Shown here: positions 56,231-64,000 of the stretch, one piece after another
Layout of the letters: every line of letters begins with the position of its first letter
Position numbering within the stretch: the stretch's first letter is position 1
Assembly: GCA_963783055.1 (NCBI GenBank)
Contig: CAWAMB010000004.1
Location: 1,763,368-1,827,367 of the forward strand
Source of the DNA: an uncultured Chloroflexia bacterium
GTDB lineage: Bacteria; Chloroflexota; Limnocylindria; Limnocylindrales; CSP1-4
DNA length: 64,000 nucleotides
Direction of reading: 5' to 3'
Program-made: the position numbers and the translations under genes
Notes under the pieces: model-generated
Told to the model about the DNA's origin: nothing
The model's input: the letters and a program-made list of their open reading frames with translations, nothing else
Database searches by the model: none

Positions 56231-56389
56231 CATGGTCCGGCAGAATCCGCCACGTGACGATCGGCGGGTTGGGGCGTGCCGATCGGATGCCGCGGCTGCC
56301 TCGGTTGACTTACTGGTCGAGTCACATCGGCTCCGAGGGAGCGTGGCTCGATCCGATTCGCCGCCGACCCATGCACGCTGAGCCGGGAT

Positions 56390-56410
56390 CTGACCCACGC
56401 ACCGGGTCAG
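56390..56410 (-). terminator. Hairpin downstream of the lipoprotein gene (weak terminator candidate)
   Basis: A 7-bp stem, CTGACCC-n7-GGGTCAG, sits 30 nt after the stop at 56440. There is no U tract. Confidence 0.3.
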
Positions 56411-56439
56411 GGTCGCGCCTCAGGCTGACGTCGGCTCGG

Positions 56440-57630
56440 TCAGAGGTCGGGAGGGATCGCCGCCAGCACGACGTTGACGAGGGCAGGGTCGTCCGCGATC
56501 ACCTCGACCGCCGCCCGGCCGGCTGCGAGGAGCCCGATCGTCTGGCCGTTCGACGCCGTCGCGTGCCAGATCGGTCGGTCGCCGGCCGCACGCACGGGAC
56601 CCCTCGGAATGAGGGTCGCGACGGCGTCGATCCAGCCCGCGTTCGTGGCGCGATCCGCGCGGCACACGAGGATGCTCGCATTCGGCTGGCCCGCGACCGG
56701 AGCCATGGCGCCGATCCCCAACCCGATCTCGTCCACGGTGGACGCCATCGAGAGGCACAGATCGAACACGTTGCCGACGCCGAGCAGGTTCATCTTCACC
56801 ACGGTGGGCTGAACGAGCAGGAAGCGACCCGGCGCGGGGTGCGCGTTGAGATCGCGGTCGCCGACCTTCGCCGGCAGCCAGCCGGCCAGCGGCAGGTCGG
56901 GCAGTGGCGTCGTGCTATCCAGTCCGATGTGACCGACCGTCGTCGCCGGGGGGCCGATCGGCTCGATCGAGCGGATGAGCCGGGCCGCAAGCTCATCGGC
57001 CGGCGCGGGGGCCTTCGCGCTGGTGCGGACGCCGACCGCGAGCGACCAGTCCGGTTGGACGCGCACGAGCGCGTACACGTCGGTCGGAGTCGTCGCATCG
57101 AGCTTTGCCGCGCCCGCCGGCGACTCGACGTCGACCGCGCCGGCGTCGTCGCGCTGCGACGCGTTGCGAACCTCCAGGACGACGAACCCCGTCTTGTCCG
57201 GGGCGACCGCAAACAGCGCGTAGCTGCTCACGATGCTGCCCGAGAGGGCTGGTGCTCTGAAGGCAAGGCGGAGGTCGGCGCGCGTATCGAGGTCAAGGCG
57301 CTGCAGCGCCGGGTCGTCGCGTTCGTCGAGCGTGACGACGTGCCAGTCAGGCGGCACGGCGACGCGCAGTCCGATGTGGTGCAGCTCATGTGTCGTCCAG
57401 CCGGCCGGGACGACGGGAACGATCCCGGTGGCCGGGAACGGCGTCGGATCGACGGCACCGGCCGATGGCGCGGCCGATACGACCGCTGGCCGTGACGGCT
57501 CGACCGATGGACCGGACGTGCTCGATGGCCCCGCCGCCGCAGCCGGCGCGGTTGAGGATAGGCCCGTCCCGCTGCCGCACGCGACCGCGACGAGCGCGAG
57601 GATCGTCGCCAGGATCGCGGGGTGGCGCAT
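56440..57630 (-). CDS. Hypothetical lipoprotein
   Basis: 396 aa. It has a signal peptide with a lipobox-like LVAVAC-GSG, followed by a Ser/Pro/Ala linker. No family was recognised. It abuts the ftsY stop. Confidence 0.65.
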   Translation of the reverse strand: MRHPAILATILALVAVACGSGTGLSSTAPAAAAGPSSTSGPSVEPSRPAVVSAAPSAGAVDPTPFPATGIVPVVPAGWTTHELHHIGLRVAVPPDWHVVTLDERDDPALQRLDLDTRADLRLAFRAPALSGSIVSSYALFAVAPDKTGFVVLEVRNASQRDDAGAVDVESPAGAAKLDATTPTDVYALVRVQPDWSLAVGVRTSAKAPAPADELAARLIRSIEPIGPPATTVGHIGLDSTTPLPDLPLAGWLPAKVGDRDLNAHPAPGRFLLVQPTVVKMNLLGVGNVFDLCLSMASTVDEIGLGIGAMAPVAGQPNASILVCRADRATNAGWIDAVATLIPRGPVRAAGDRPIWHATASNGQTIGLLAAGRAAVEVIADDPALVNVVLAAIPPDL

Positions 57631-58772
57631 CAGCCGAACAGCGCCGCCACGAAGGCCTCGGGGTCGAACGCCAGGAGGTCGCCGGCTTGCTCCCCTACCC
57701 CGACGAACCGGACCGGCACCCCGAGGTCGTGCTCGATCGCGAACACGATCCCGCCCTTGGCGGTCGAGTCGAGCTTGGTCAGGACGATCCCCGTCAGCCC
57801 AACCGACTCGTGGAAGGCCTTCGCCTGGTGGAGCCCGTTCTGACCCGTCGTCGCGTCCAGGACGAAGAACGTCTCGGGGACGGCGCCGGGCAGGCGCTTG
57901 TCGATGATCCGCCGGATCTTCGTCAGCTCGTCCATCAGGTTCGACTTCGTGTGGAGCCGGCCGGCGGTGTCTGCGATCACGAGGTCCGCGCCGCGGGCGA
58001 CGGCGGCGTCGAGCGCGTCATAGACCACGGCACCGGGATCCGCGCCGGGGGCATGCGAGACCACCTGCACCCCGGCCCGATCGGCCCAGATCATCAGCTG
58101 GTCGATCGCCGCGGCCCGGAACGTGTCGGCGGCGGCAAGGAGGACGTGGCGACCCTCTGCCATGTAGCGGGTCGCGAGCTTGCCGATCGTGGTCGTCTTG
58201 CCCGTCCCGTTGACCCCCACGATCAGGATGATCGCCGGTCCGCCGGCGACCGCGGCCCGAGGCTCCCAGCCCGGCTCACGCTGGACGAGCAGAGCCGTCA
58301 GCTCGGCCCGGACGGCCGCCTCCGCCCCGTCCGGATCGCGCCGGCTGCGCGCTCGCTCCACGAGCTCCATCGCGAGCGCTGCCCCGACGTCGCCGCCGAT
58401 CAGCGTCTCCTCGACGTCATCCCACGACGGCCCGCTGCCATCGTCGCCGACGAGGAACCCGCGCAGCTTCGACATGAAGCCGCCGCGGGTCCGCGCCAGG
58501 CCCTGGTCGATGGAGCCACCCGGTTCCAGGACCGGGACGACCGGCTCGGGCTCGGGGTCGAAGAAGATCGGGCCGGTCGCCCGCTCCGGCTCGGCCTCGA
58601 TGGTCGGGGCTCCGCCGGCACCCCACGCGGCGTCCGCCTCGAAATCGGCCGGATCGGGCTCCCACGGTCCGTCGTTGGCGATGGCGTCGTCGTCCGGCGG
58701 CTCGGCTGCGTCGGGTTCCTCGAGGAGAGCGTCATCGGCCGGCGGGTCCTCGCGCTTGCGGCGCCAGAACAT
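57630..58772 (-). CDS. ftsY: Signal recognition particle receptor FtsY with an acidic N-terminal region
   Basis: 380 aa from the ATG at 58772. It has [22 protein letters not shown] and [10 protein letters not shown]. Confidence 0.95.
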   Translation of the reverse strand: MFWRRKREDPPADDALLEEPDAAEPPDDDAIANDGPWEPDPADFEADAAWGAGGAPTIEAEPERATGPIFFDPEPEPVVPVLEPGGSIDQGLARTRGGFMSKLRGFLVGDDGSGPSWDDVEETLIGGDVGAALAMELVERARSRRDPDGAEAAVRAELTALLVQREPGWEPRAAVAGGPAIILIVGVNGTGKTTTIGKLATRYMAEGRHVLLAAADTFRAAAIDQLMIWADRAGVQVVSHAPGADPGAVVYDALDAAVARGADLVIADTAGRLHTKSNLMDELTKIRRIIDKRLPGAVPETFFVLDATTGQNGLHQAKAFHESVGLTGIVLTKLDSTAKGGIVFAIEHDLGVPVRFVGVGEQAGDLLAFDPEAFVAALFG

Positions 58773-61700
58773 CAGCCGACCTCGGCCAGTTCGCTCGCCC
58801 GATCCTCGCCGTGGTCCGCCTCGTCGCTCGCGGCCAGCGGGTCGTCGCCCAGCCCGGCCGCGGCGCCCTGGCGATCGGCGATCGCGCGCGCCTCGTCGAG
58901 CCGAAGGCTGATGACCCGGCTGACCGAGTCGTCGCCGACCGTCACCCCGTACAGCGCATCGGCCGCCTCGATCGTGCCCCGGTTGTGGGTGATGACGATG
59001 AACTGGGTCCGGTCGGCGAGGCTCCGCAGCGCGTCCGAGAACCGCCCGACGTTGGCCTCGTCGAGGGCCGCATCGACCTCGTCGAGGACGCAGAACGGCA
59101 CCGGCCGGACCTCGAGCATCGCGAAGAGCAGGGCGACCGCGGTGAGGGCGCGCTCGCCGCCGGACAGCATCGCGAGGGCCTGGGCCTTCTTGCCGGGTGG
59201 CCGGGCGACGATCTCGACGCCGGTCGCGGCCAGGTCGGTCGGGTCGGTCAGCGACAGCCGCGCGAAGCCCCCGCCGAAGAGCTGCTGGAACCGGGCATCG
59301 AACGCGGTCTCCAGCGCGGCGAACGTCGTCCGGAACTGGTCCGCGATCATCGTGTTCAGCTCGGCGATCAGCTCGCGCGTCTTGTCGATCGCGGTGCGCA
59401 GGTCGCGCTGCTGGGTGTCGAGGGTCTCGAGACGCTGGCGCAGCTCGTCGTACTCCTCGACCGCGAACGGATTCGCGGCGCCCAGCTCGTGGTAGCGCCG
59501 ACGCAGGGTCCCGAGCCGGCCGGGCGAGGGAACATCGCCGCTCGGCGACTCGGTCGCCCAACGCGCGACGACGACATCGAGGGCCGACTCGAGTGCGGCG
59601 GTCTCGTCGGATTCGGCGGCGTCGTCGGCGGAGGCGACGTCGGCGGAGGCGTCGGGCGTGGCTGCCTCGCCATCCATCGGCTCGACACCGACCGGGCCCG
59701 GACCGACCGCGACCGGCACCACGCCGGCCTCGCGCTCGAGATGGCGCCGTCCGAGCTCGCCCAGCCCGGCCAACTCGACGAGGAGCTGTTCGCGCAGGGA
59801 ATCCCGCCCGAGCCGGGCCTCGAGATCCGAGCGATCGGCGGCCCGGAGGCGGTCGTCGGCCGCGCGCAGCCGTTCGCGCGCCTGCGACGCCGCGCGCTCG
59901 GCCCCCGCCAGCCGATCCCGCGCGGCGGCGTCGGCAGCACGGACCTCGCCCAGCACCGCGGCAGCGCGTTCCTCGCGCTCCGAGGCCGTCGTCAGCTCGG
60001 CCACGAGGCGCCGGCGATCCGCGGCGATCTGCTCCTCGCGCTCCGCGAGAGCGATCGCGTCACGCTCCGAGCGGACGATGCGCTCCTCGTCCATCGCGAC
60101 GGTGGCCTCGGCCCGGGCGCGGCGGCCCTCGACGTCACGTCGCGCGGCATCGGCCTCGGCCTGCTGGGCGGCCAGCCGATCGCGGCGCTCGCGGAGGTCG
60201 GCGGCGCGGCGCTCCCAGGTCGCGATCGCGGCGGCTTCGTCGGTCCCGGTCGAGCCGGCCGGCACGGCCTCGCCGGATGGTGCGTCGCCCCACAGCCCGC
60301 CCGTCTCGTGGGCCGTGACGGCCTCGCGGGCCCGATCGACGTCGGCGGCGAGCCGCTCGAGCTGGGCGACATGCCAGCCGGCCTCCCGGACAACCGCCTC
60401 GAGCTCACGTGCCGCGGCCCGCTCGGCCTCCTCCGCGCGACGCCGGTCGGCGCTGGCCCGGGCCTCCTCGGTCGTGGCCGCATCGAGCGCGGCGCGCGTC
60501 GTGGTCGCCGCCCGTTCGGCGTCGGCGGCCTCGGCCGTGGCGCTGTCGGCCTCGGCGGCCAGGCGGGCGACCTCGGTCCGGAGCCGATCGGCTTCGGCCC
60601 GGCGCTCCAACGGTGCATCGCCGCGGCCAAGCCGAACCGCGAGCTCCGTGACGAACGCCGATCCGTCGCGGGTCGCGACGGCCCAACCGGCCGGCAGGTG
60701 CGGCTGGAGGGCCAGCGCGGCCGTGAGATCGTCGACGACGACCGTCCGGGCGAGGACCTGGGCAACCGATCCGCTCGGATCGCGCCGGATGGCGTCGGCC
60801 AGGGGCGACCCGCCGGCCGCCGCGAGACGATCGAGGAAGCGCCGCGTGGCCGTGTCGGACGCAGCCGCGGGTGAGCCGGACGCCGCGCGCTCCCGGATCA
60901 CGAGCATGCCGCGCTCGGTTGCGAGCGTTCCGGCCGCCGCCTCGTCCACCAGGTACGCCCGGGCAAGCTCGTCCAACGCCGCTTCGACGGCCGCCCGGAG
61001 TCCCGGCTCGATCACGAGCTCCTCGTCCAGCCGGCGACCGCCGCGGCGCTTGGCCGCTCGCGCGATCCCGCGCTCATCGTCCTCGCGGATGCGGGTCTCG
61101 AGCGCGTCCAGGCGGGCCTCCTGGGCGGCTCGTCCGGCGCCGGCGGCTCCAGCGCGCTCGGCGGCGGTCCGGCGGCGGGCGTCCGCCTCGGCGGCCGCGG
61201 CACGGGCCGTCTCGCGGGCTGCCGACGCCGTGGCGGCCGCGGTCGTCGCGCCCTCGAGCGCGGCACGGGCGCCGGCGAGGCGTGCTTCGAGCTCGGACCG
61301 GCGCGTCGCGACCTCGGCGGCAGCGGCTGCCTCGGCATCGTGGCGACGCGTTCCCTCGGTCAGCCGGCGACGGGCGGTCTCGACCTCGGCCTGACGGGCG
61401 GCCTCCGCGCGACGGATCGCGGCCGCTTCCTCGCCCCGTGCCCGGCTCGCGGCCCGGAGCGACGCCAGCTCGCCATTCGCATCGGCGAGCAGCCGCTCGG
61501 CCTCGGCCAGTGACGCGTCGAGATCGTGGTCCCGGGCCGGCAGCGGGATCGCGAGGCCGCGCCGCTGGACCTCGAGGGACAGTTCGGCGGTTTCGCGTTC
61601 GGAGCGGAGGCGGAGCCGGTCGCGCCCGATCGCCTCGAGGTCGCCGGCCAGGCGGGCCTCCCGCAGGCGGAGCTCGGTCACGGAGCCGCGCGCGGACTCG

Positions 61701-62578
61701 TGGGCCGCCAGGTGCTCCCGTTCCGTGGCCGCGCGCGCCCCGATCTCGGACGCCACCGCGGTTGCCGCTTCCTCGGCCGCCTGGAGGTCGGCCATCGCCC
61801 GGTCGGCGTCCGCCCGTTCGCGCTCGACCCGTGCGGCTGCCGCGGCTGCGGCACCCGCCGCATCGTGCCAGCGAACGTGGGCGGCGGCCAGGAGCGCCGC
61901 CGCCAGCTCCTCGCCGGCCGACAGGCGGGTCGTCTGCTGCTCCGCCTGGGCCGCGAGACGGCGGGCCTGTGGCCGGAGCTCGGCCAGGATGTCCTCGACC
62001 CGGGCGAGATTCGTCTCCGATTCGGTGAGCTGCTCCTCGGCCTTCCGCCGGCGACGCTCGTGGCGGCGGACGCCGGCCACTTCCTCGAACAGCGGCCGCC
62101 GTTCCTCGGGCCGGAGCGCCAGGGCCTGGTCGACCATGCCCTGGCCGATGAACAGGAAGGCGTTGTCCGCGAGGTGCGCGCCGTCGAGCAGGTCGACGAG
62201 ATCGCGCAGGCGGATCCGCTGCTTGTTCAGGAGATAGTCGTTCTCGCCGCTCCGATACAGGCGCCGGCCGAGCTCGAGGACCGAGAAGTCGACCGGCAGC
62301 AGGCCGTCGGCGTTGTCGAGGACCAGCGTCACGTCGGCCATCCCGAGCGCCTTGCGCTTCTCGGAGCCGGAGAAGATCACGTCCTCGGACTTGCGGCTGC
62401 GCAGCGCCCGACCCTGCTCGCCCAGTGACCAGCGCAGGGCGTCGGCGAGGTTGCTCTTGCCCGACCCGTTCGGGCCGACGATGGCGCTGATCCCGGGCCC
62501 GAACTCGACCACGGTCCGCTCGGCGAACGACTTGAATCCCTGCAGCCGGAGCGCGAGGAGGCGGGCGGGTGCGCTCAC
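58772..62578 (-). CDS. smc: Chromosome partition protein Smc
   Basis: 1268 aa from the GTG at 62578 (VSAPARLLALRLQGFKSF...). It has Walker A GPNGSGKSN, long coiled coils, the signature LSGGERALTAV and Walker B FCVLDEVDAALD. As sequenced it is in frame with rnc, with no stop between them. Confidence 0.9.
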   Translation of the reverse strand: MSAPARLLALRLQGFKSFAERTVVEFGPGISAIVGPNGSGKSNLADALRWSLGEQGRALRSRKSEDVIFSGSEKRKALGMADVTLVLDNADGLLPVDFSVLELGRRLYRSGENDYLLNKQRIRLRDLVDLLDGAHLADNAFLFIGQGMVDQALALRPEERRPLFEEVAGVRRHERRRRKAEEQLTESETNLARVEDILAELRPQARRLAAQAEQQTTRLSAGEELAAALLAAAHVRWHDAAGAAAAAAARVERERADADRAMADLQAAEEAATAVASEIGARAATEREHLAAHESARGSVTELRLREARLAGDLEAIGRDRLRLRSERETAELSLEVQRRGLAIPLPARDHDLDASLAEAERLLADANGELASLRAASRARGEEAAAIRRAEAARQAEVETARRRLTEGTRRHDAEAAAAAEVATRRSELEARLAGARAALEGATTAAATASAARETARAAAAEADARRRTAAERAGAAGAGRAAQEARLDALETRIREDDERGIARAAKRRGGRRLDEELVIEPGLRAAVEAALDELARAYLVDEAAAGTLATERGMLVIRERAASGSPAAASDTATRRFLDRLAAAGGSPLADAIRRDPSGSVAQVLARTVVVDDLTAALALQPHLPAGWAVATRDGSAFVTELAVRLGRGDAPLERRAEADRLRTEVARLAAEADSATAEAADAERAATTTRAALDAATTEEARASADRRRAEEAERAAARELEAVVREAGWHVAQLERLAADVDRAREAVTAHETGGLWGDAPSGEAVPAGSTGTDEAAAIATWERRAADLRERRDRLAAQQAEADAARRDVEGRRARAEATVAMDEERIVRSERDAIALAEREEQIAADRRRLVAELTTASEREERAAAVLGEVRAADAAARDRLAGAERAASQARERLRAADDRLRAADRSDLEARLGRDSLREQLLVELAGLGELGRRHLEREAGVVPVAVGPGPVGVEPMDGEAATPDASADVASADDAAESDETAALESALDVVVARWATESPSGDVPSPGRLGTLRRRYHELGAANPFAVEEYDELRQRLETLDTQQRDLRTAIDKTRELIAELNTMIADQFRTTFAALETAFDARFQQLFGGGFARLSLTDPTDLAATGVEIVARPPGKKAQALAMLSGGERALTAVALLFAMLEVRPVPFCVLDEVDAALDEANVGRFSDALRSLADRTQFIVITHNRGTIEAADALYGVTVGDDSVSRVISLRLDEARAIADRQGAAAGLGDDPLAASDEADHGEDRASELAEVG

Positions 62579-63370
62579 GATGCCGACGCCGAGGCGACGC
62601 CGTCGTCGAGGTCGGCGTCGTCGGCGCGTCGGGCGCTTGCCCGTCGAAGCGTCCGGCCGGGACGGACGCCGATCGCCGTCCTCCGATCGCAGCGTCTCCA
62701 TCGCCAGCTGCGCCGCAGCGGTCTCCGCGATGCGCCGCGACGGCCCGACCCCGACACCGAGGGCGCGTCCCTCCACGCGGACCTCGACCTGGAACAGCTT
62801 CTCGTGATCCGGCCCGGTCGAGTCCACGACGTGGTACTCGGGCCGGCCGCCGGTCCGTCGCTGGGTGAACTCCTGGAGCCGGCTCTTGGGGCTCTTCAGC
62901 GTCGACAGCGGCGCATCGAGGCTGATCTCGGGCGCGGCGATGGCGAGCAGCCAGTCGCGGGTCCGGTCGAAGCCGATGTCGAGGTAGAGGGCGCCGGCCA
63001 GCGCCTCGAAGGCCGAAGCGAGGATCGAGGGCCGAAGCCGGCCGCCGCGGCGCGCCTCGCCTTCGCCGAGCGACAGCGACTGGCCGAGGTCGATCCGGCC
63101 GGCGAGCCGGGCAAGGCCGACCGTCGACACGATCGAGGCACGGCGGGCGCTGAGCATGCCCTCATCATCGCCGGGATGGGCCGCGAACAGGGCCTCGGAG
63201 ATCGCCAGGTTGACGACGGCGTCACCCAGGAACTCGAGGCGCTCGTTGTGACCGGTCGCGGCCTCGGGATGCTCGTGCAGCCAGCTGGTGTGGACGAGAG
63301 CCTGCTCGACGAGATCCGAATCGCCGATGGGGAGGCCGAGCTGGGCCGCGAGCGCAGCGGCGGGTCGCAC
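62575..63370 (-). CDS. rnc: Ribonuclease III; the 3' end needs a +1 correction to reach its probable stop at 62575
   Basis: It starts at GTG 63370. It has the RNase III signature NERLEFLGDAVVNL and a dsRBD (PKSRLQEFTQRR...GPDHEKLFQVEV). The probable true tail ...DDADLDDGVASASAS* lies in the next frame (listed ORF 62575..62757) and ends in a GTGA overlap with the smc start. Confidence 0.85.
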
Positions 63371-63395
63371 GGCTCCCGGGTCGACCGAGCGGGTG

Positions 63396-63632
63396 CTAGG
63401 TGGACCGCTCGTCGATGTAGTCGACCGCGTCCTGGACCGTCCGGATCTTCTCGGCGTCCTCGTCCGAGATCTCGGTCCCGAACTCCTCCTCGAGGCTCAT
63501 GATCAGCTCGACCAGATCGAGGGAGTCCGCGTTCAGGTCGTCGACGAACGATGCTTCGGGCTTGACCTCGTCTTCTTCGACGCCAAGCTGCTCGACCACG
63601 AGCTTCTTCAGTCGCTCGTACGTGGTGGACAC
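63396..63632 (-). CDS. acpP: Acyl carrier protein
   Basis: 78 aa from the GTG at 63632, with a GAGGAGGG RBS. It has the phosphopantetheine site [21 protein letters not shown]. Confidence 0.95.
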   Translation of the reverse strand: MSTTYERLKKLVVEQLGVEEDEVKPEASFVDDLNADSLDLVELIMSLEEEFGTEISDEDAEKIRTVQDAVDYIDERST

Positions 63633-63663
63633 TGGGAACTCCCTCCTCGGAGCTGGGAGCCGA

Positions 63664-64000
63664 CTACCGGTCGACCGTGCTGGCGATCCGCCCGAGAACG
63701 CCATTCATCAGGCGCCGCATCGGGTCTCCACTGTAGGTGCGGGCGAGCTCGACCCATTCGGCGATCGCCACCCGGGCCGGCGTCGGCGAGTGTAGCACTT
63801 CACCGATGGCGCAACGGAGGAGCGCGCGATCCATCCGGGGCAATCCACCGACCGGATACTGGGGCGCCGTGGTGGTGATCCGGGCGTCGATGGTGTCCCG
63901 ATGGGACAGGACATTGGCGACCAGGCTGCGGGCCAGCTCGGCGGCTTTCGGGTCACCCTCGGTCTCGGCCAGGTGGCGCTCGAGGATCGCGTCGGCCGTG
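63664..64000 (-). CDS. nusB: Transcription antitermination factor NusB, C-terminal part; the 5' end lies beyond the window
   Basis: Manual translation of the frame ending at TAG 63664-63666 gives ...[73 protein letters not shown]. It is not in the ORF track because no start lies inside the window. Confidence 0.8.
   Translation of the reverse strand, partial: TADAILERHLAETEGDPKAAELARSLVANVLSHRDTIDARITTTAPQYPVGGLPRMDRALLRCAIGEVLHSPTPARVAIAEWVELARTYSGDPMRRLMNGVLGRIASTVDR
63789..63797 (-). promoter_or_regulatory. Extended -10-like nonamer TGCTACACT about 157 nt upstream of acpP, inside the nusB 3' end
   Basis: This is the third exact copy of the nonamer. It is correctly oriented for acpP-rnc-smc-ftsY. 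Confidence 0.4.

Noticed and set aside
1-64000. CRISPR arrays, insertion sequences, integrases, prophage genes, toxin-antitoxin pairs, rRNA and tRNA genes.
   Set aside because: I found no regularly spaced direct repeats with unique spacers, no transposase or integrase-like ORFs, no terminal inverted repeats flanking a gene, and no rRNA or tRNA signatures. The only repeat structures are the palindrome array at 30643-30800 and the 15-bp direct repeat at 38808-38893.

Overview
This is a high-GC (roughly 70% by eye) bacterial chromosomal segment, almost entirely housekeeping and almost entirely transcribed on the minus strand. Gene content and order suggest an Actinomycetota-like or related high-GC Terrabacteria lineage; I cannot be more specific. 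The conserved blocks run as follows. (1) nusB / acpP / rnc-smc-ftsY. (2) ffh ... rpsP-KH-rimM-trmD / rplS / rnhB-DoxX-yraN. (3) rpsB-tsf-pyrH-frr-uppS-cdsA-dxr-rseP-ispG. (4) nusA-ylxR-infB-rbfA-nrnA-truB-ribF ... rpsO-pnp. (5) asd-udg / rnj-ftsK / rodZ-cinA-murC / yajQ. The left 16 kb is accessory metabolism: an LLM monooxygenase with its FMN reductase, three GNATs, a YcaQ/AlkZ-like protein, an amidohydrolase, a DRG-like GTPase, a PLP dehydratase, an MFS pump, an RPH/PEP-synthase-like enzyme and a ThDP enzyme. I saw no rRNA, tRNA, CRISPR, transposase or integrase. Five observations stand out. (a) The PNPase gene contains an intact DEDDh (DnaQ/RNase T-type) exonuclease domain inserted between its two RNase PH domains. 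(b) A two-gene insertion (HTH fused to a PD-(D/E)xK-like nuclease, plus DUF3291) sits between ribF and rpsO, next to an array of four related 17-bp palindromes, three of them exactly 50 bp apart. (c) Conserved genes carry many reading-frame breaks, about 11, of which 10 are net +1, plus one in-frame TAG in rodZ. These create false giant ORFs (rnc-smc, rseP-ispG). They look more like assembly indels than biology, but this must be checked against reads. (d) An extended -10-like nonamer, TGCTAYNNT, recurs upstream of many operons, and several accessory genes look leaderless. (e) truB and ylxR have their conserved N-terminal motifs upstream of any ATG/GTG/TTG. All functional calls come from reading the translated ORFs by eye; no database search was run.
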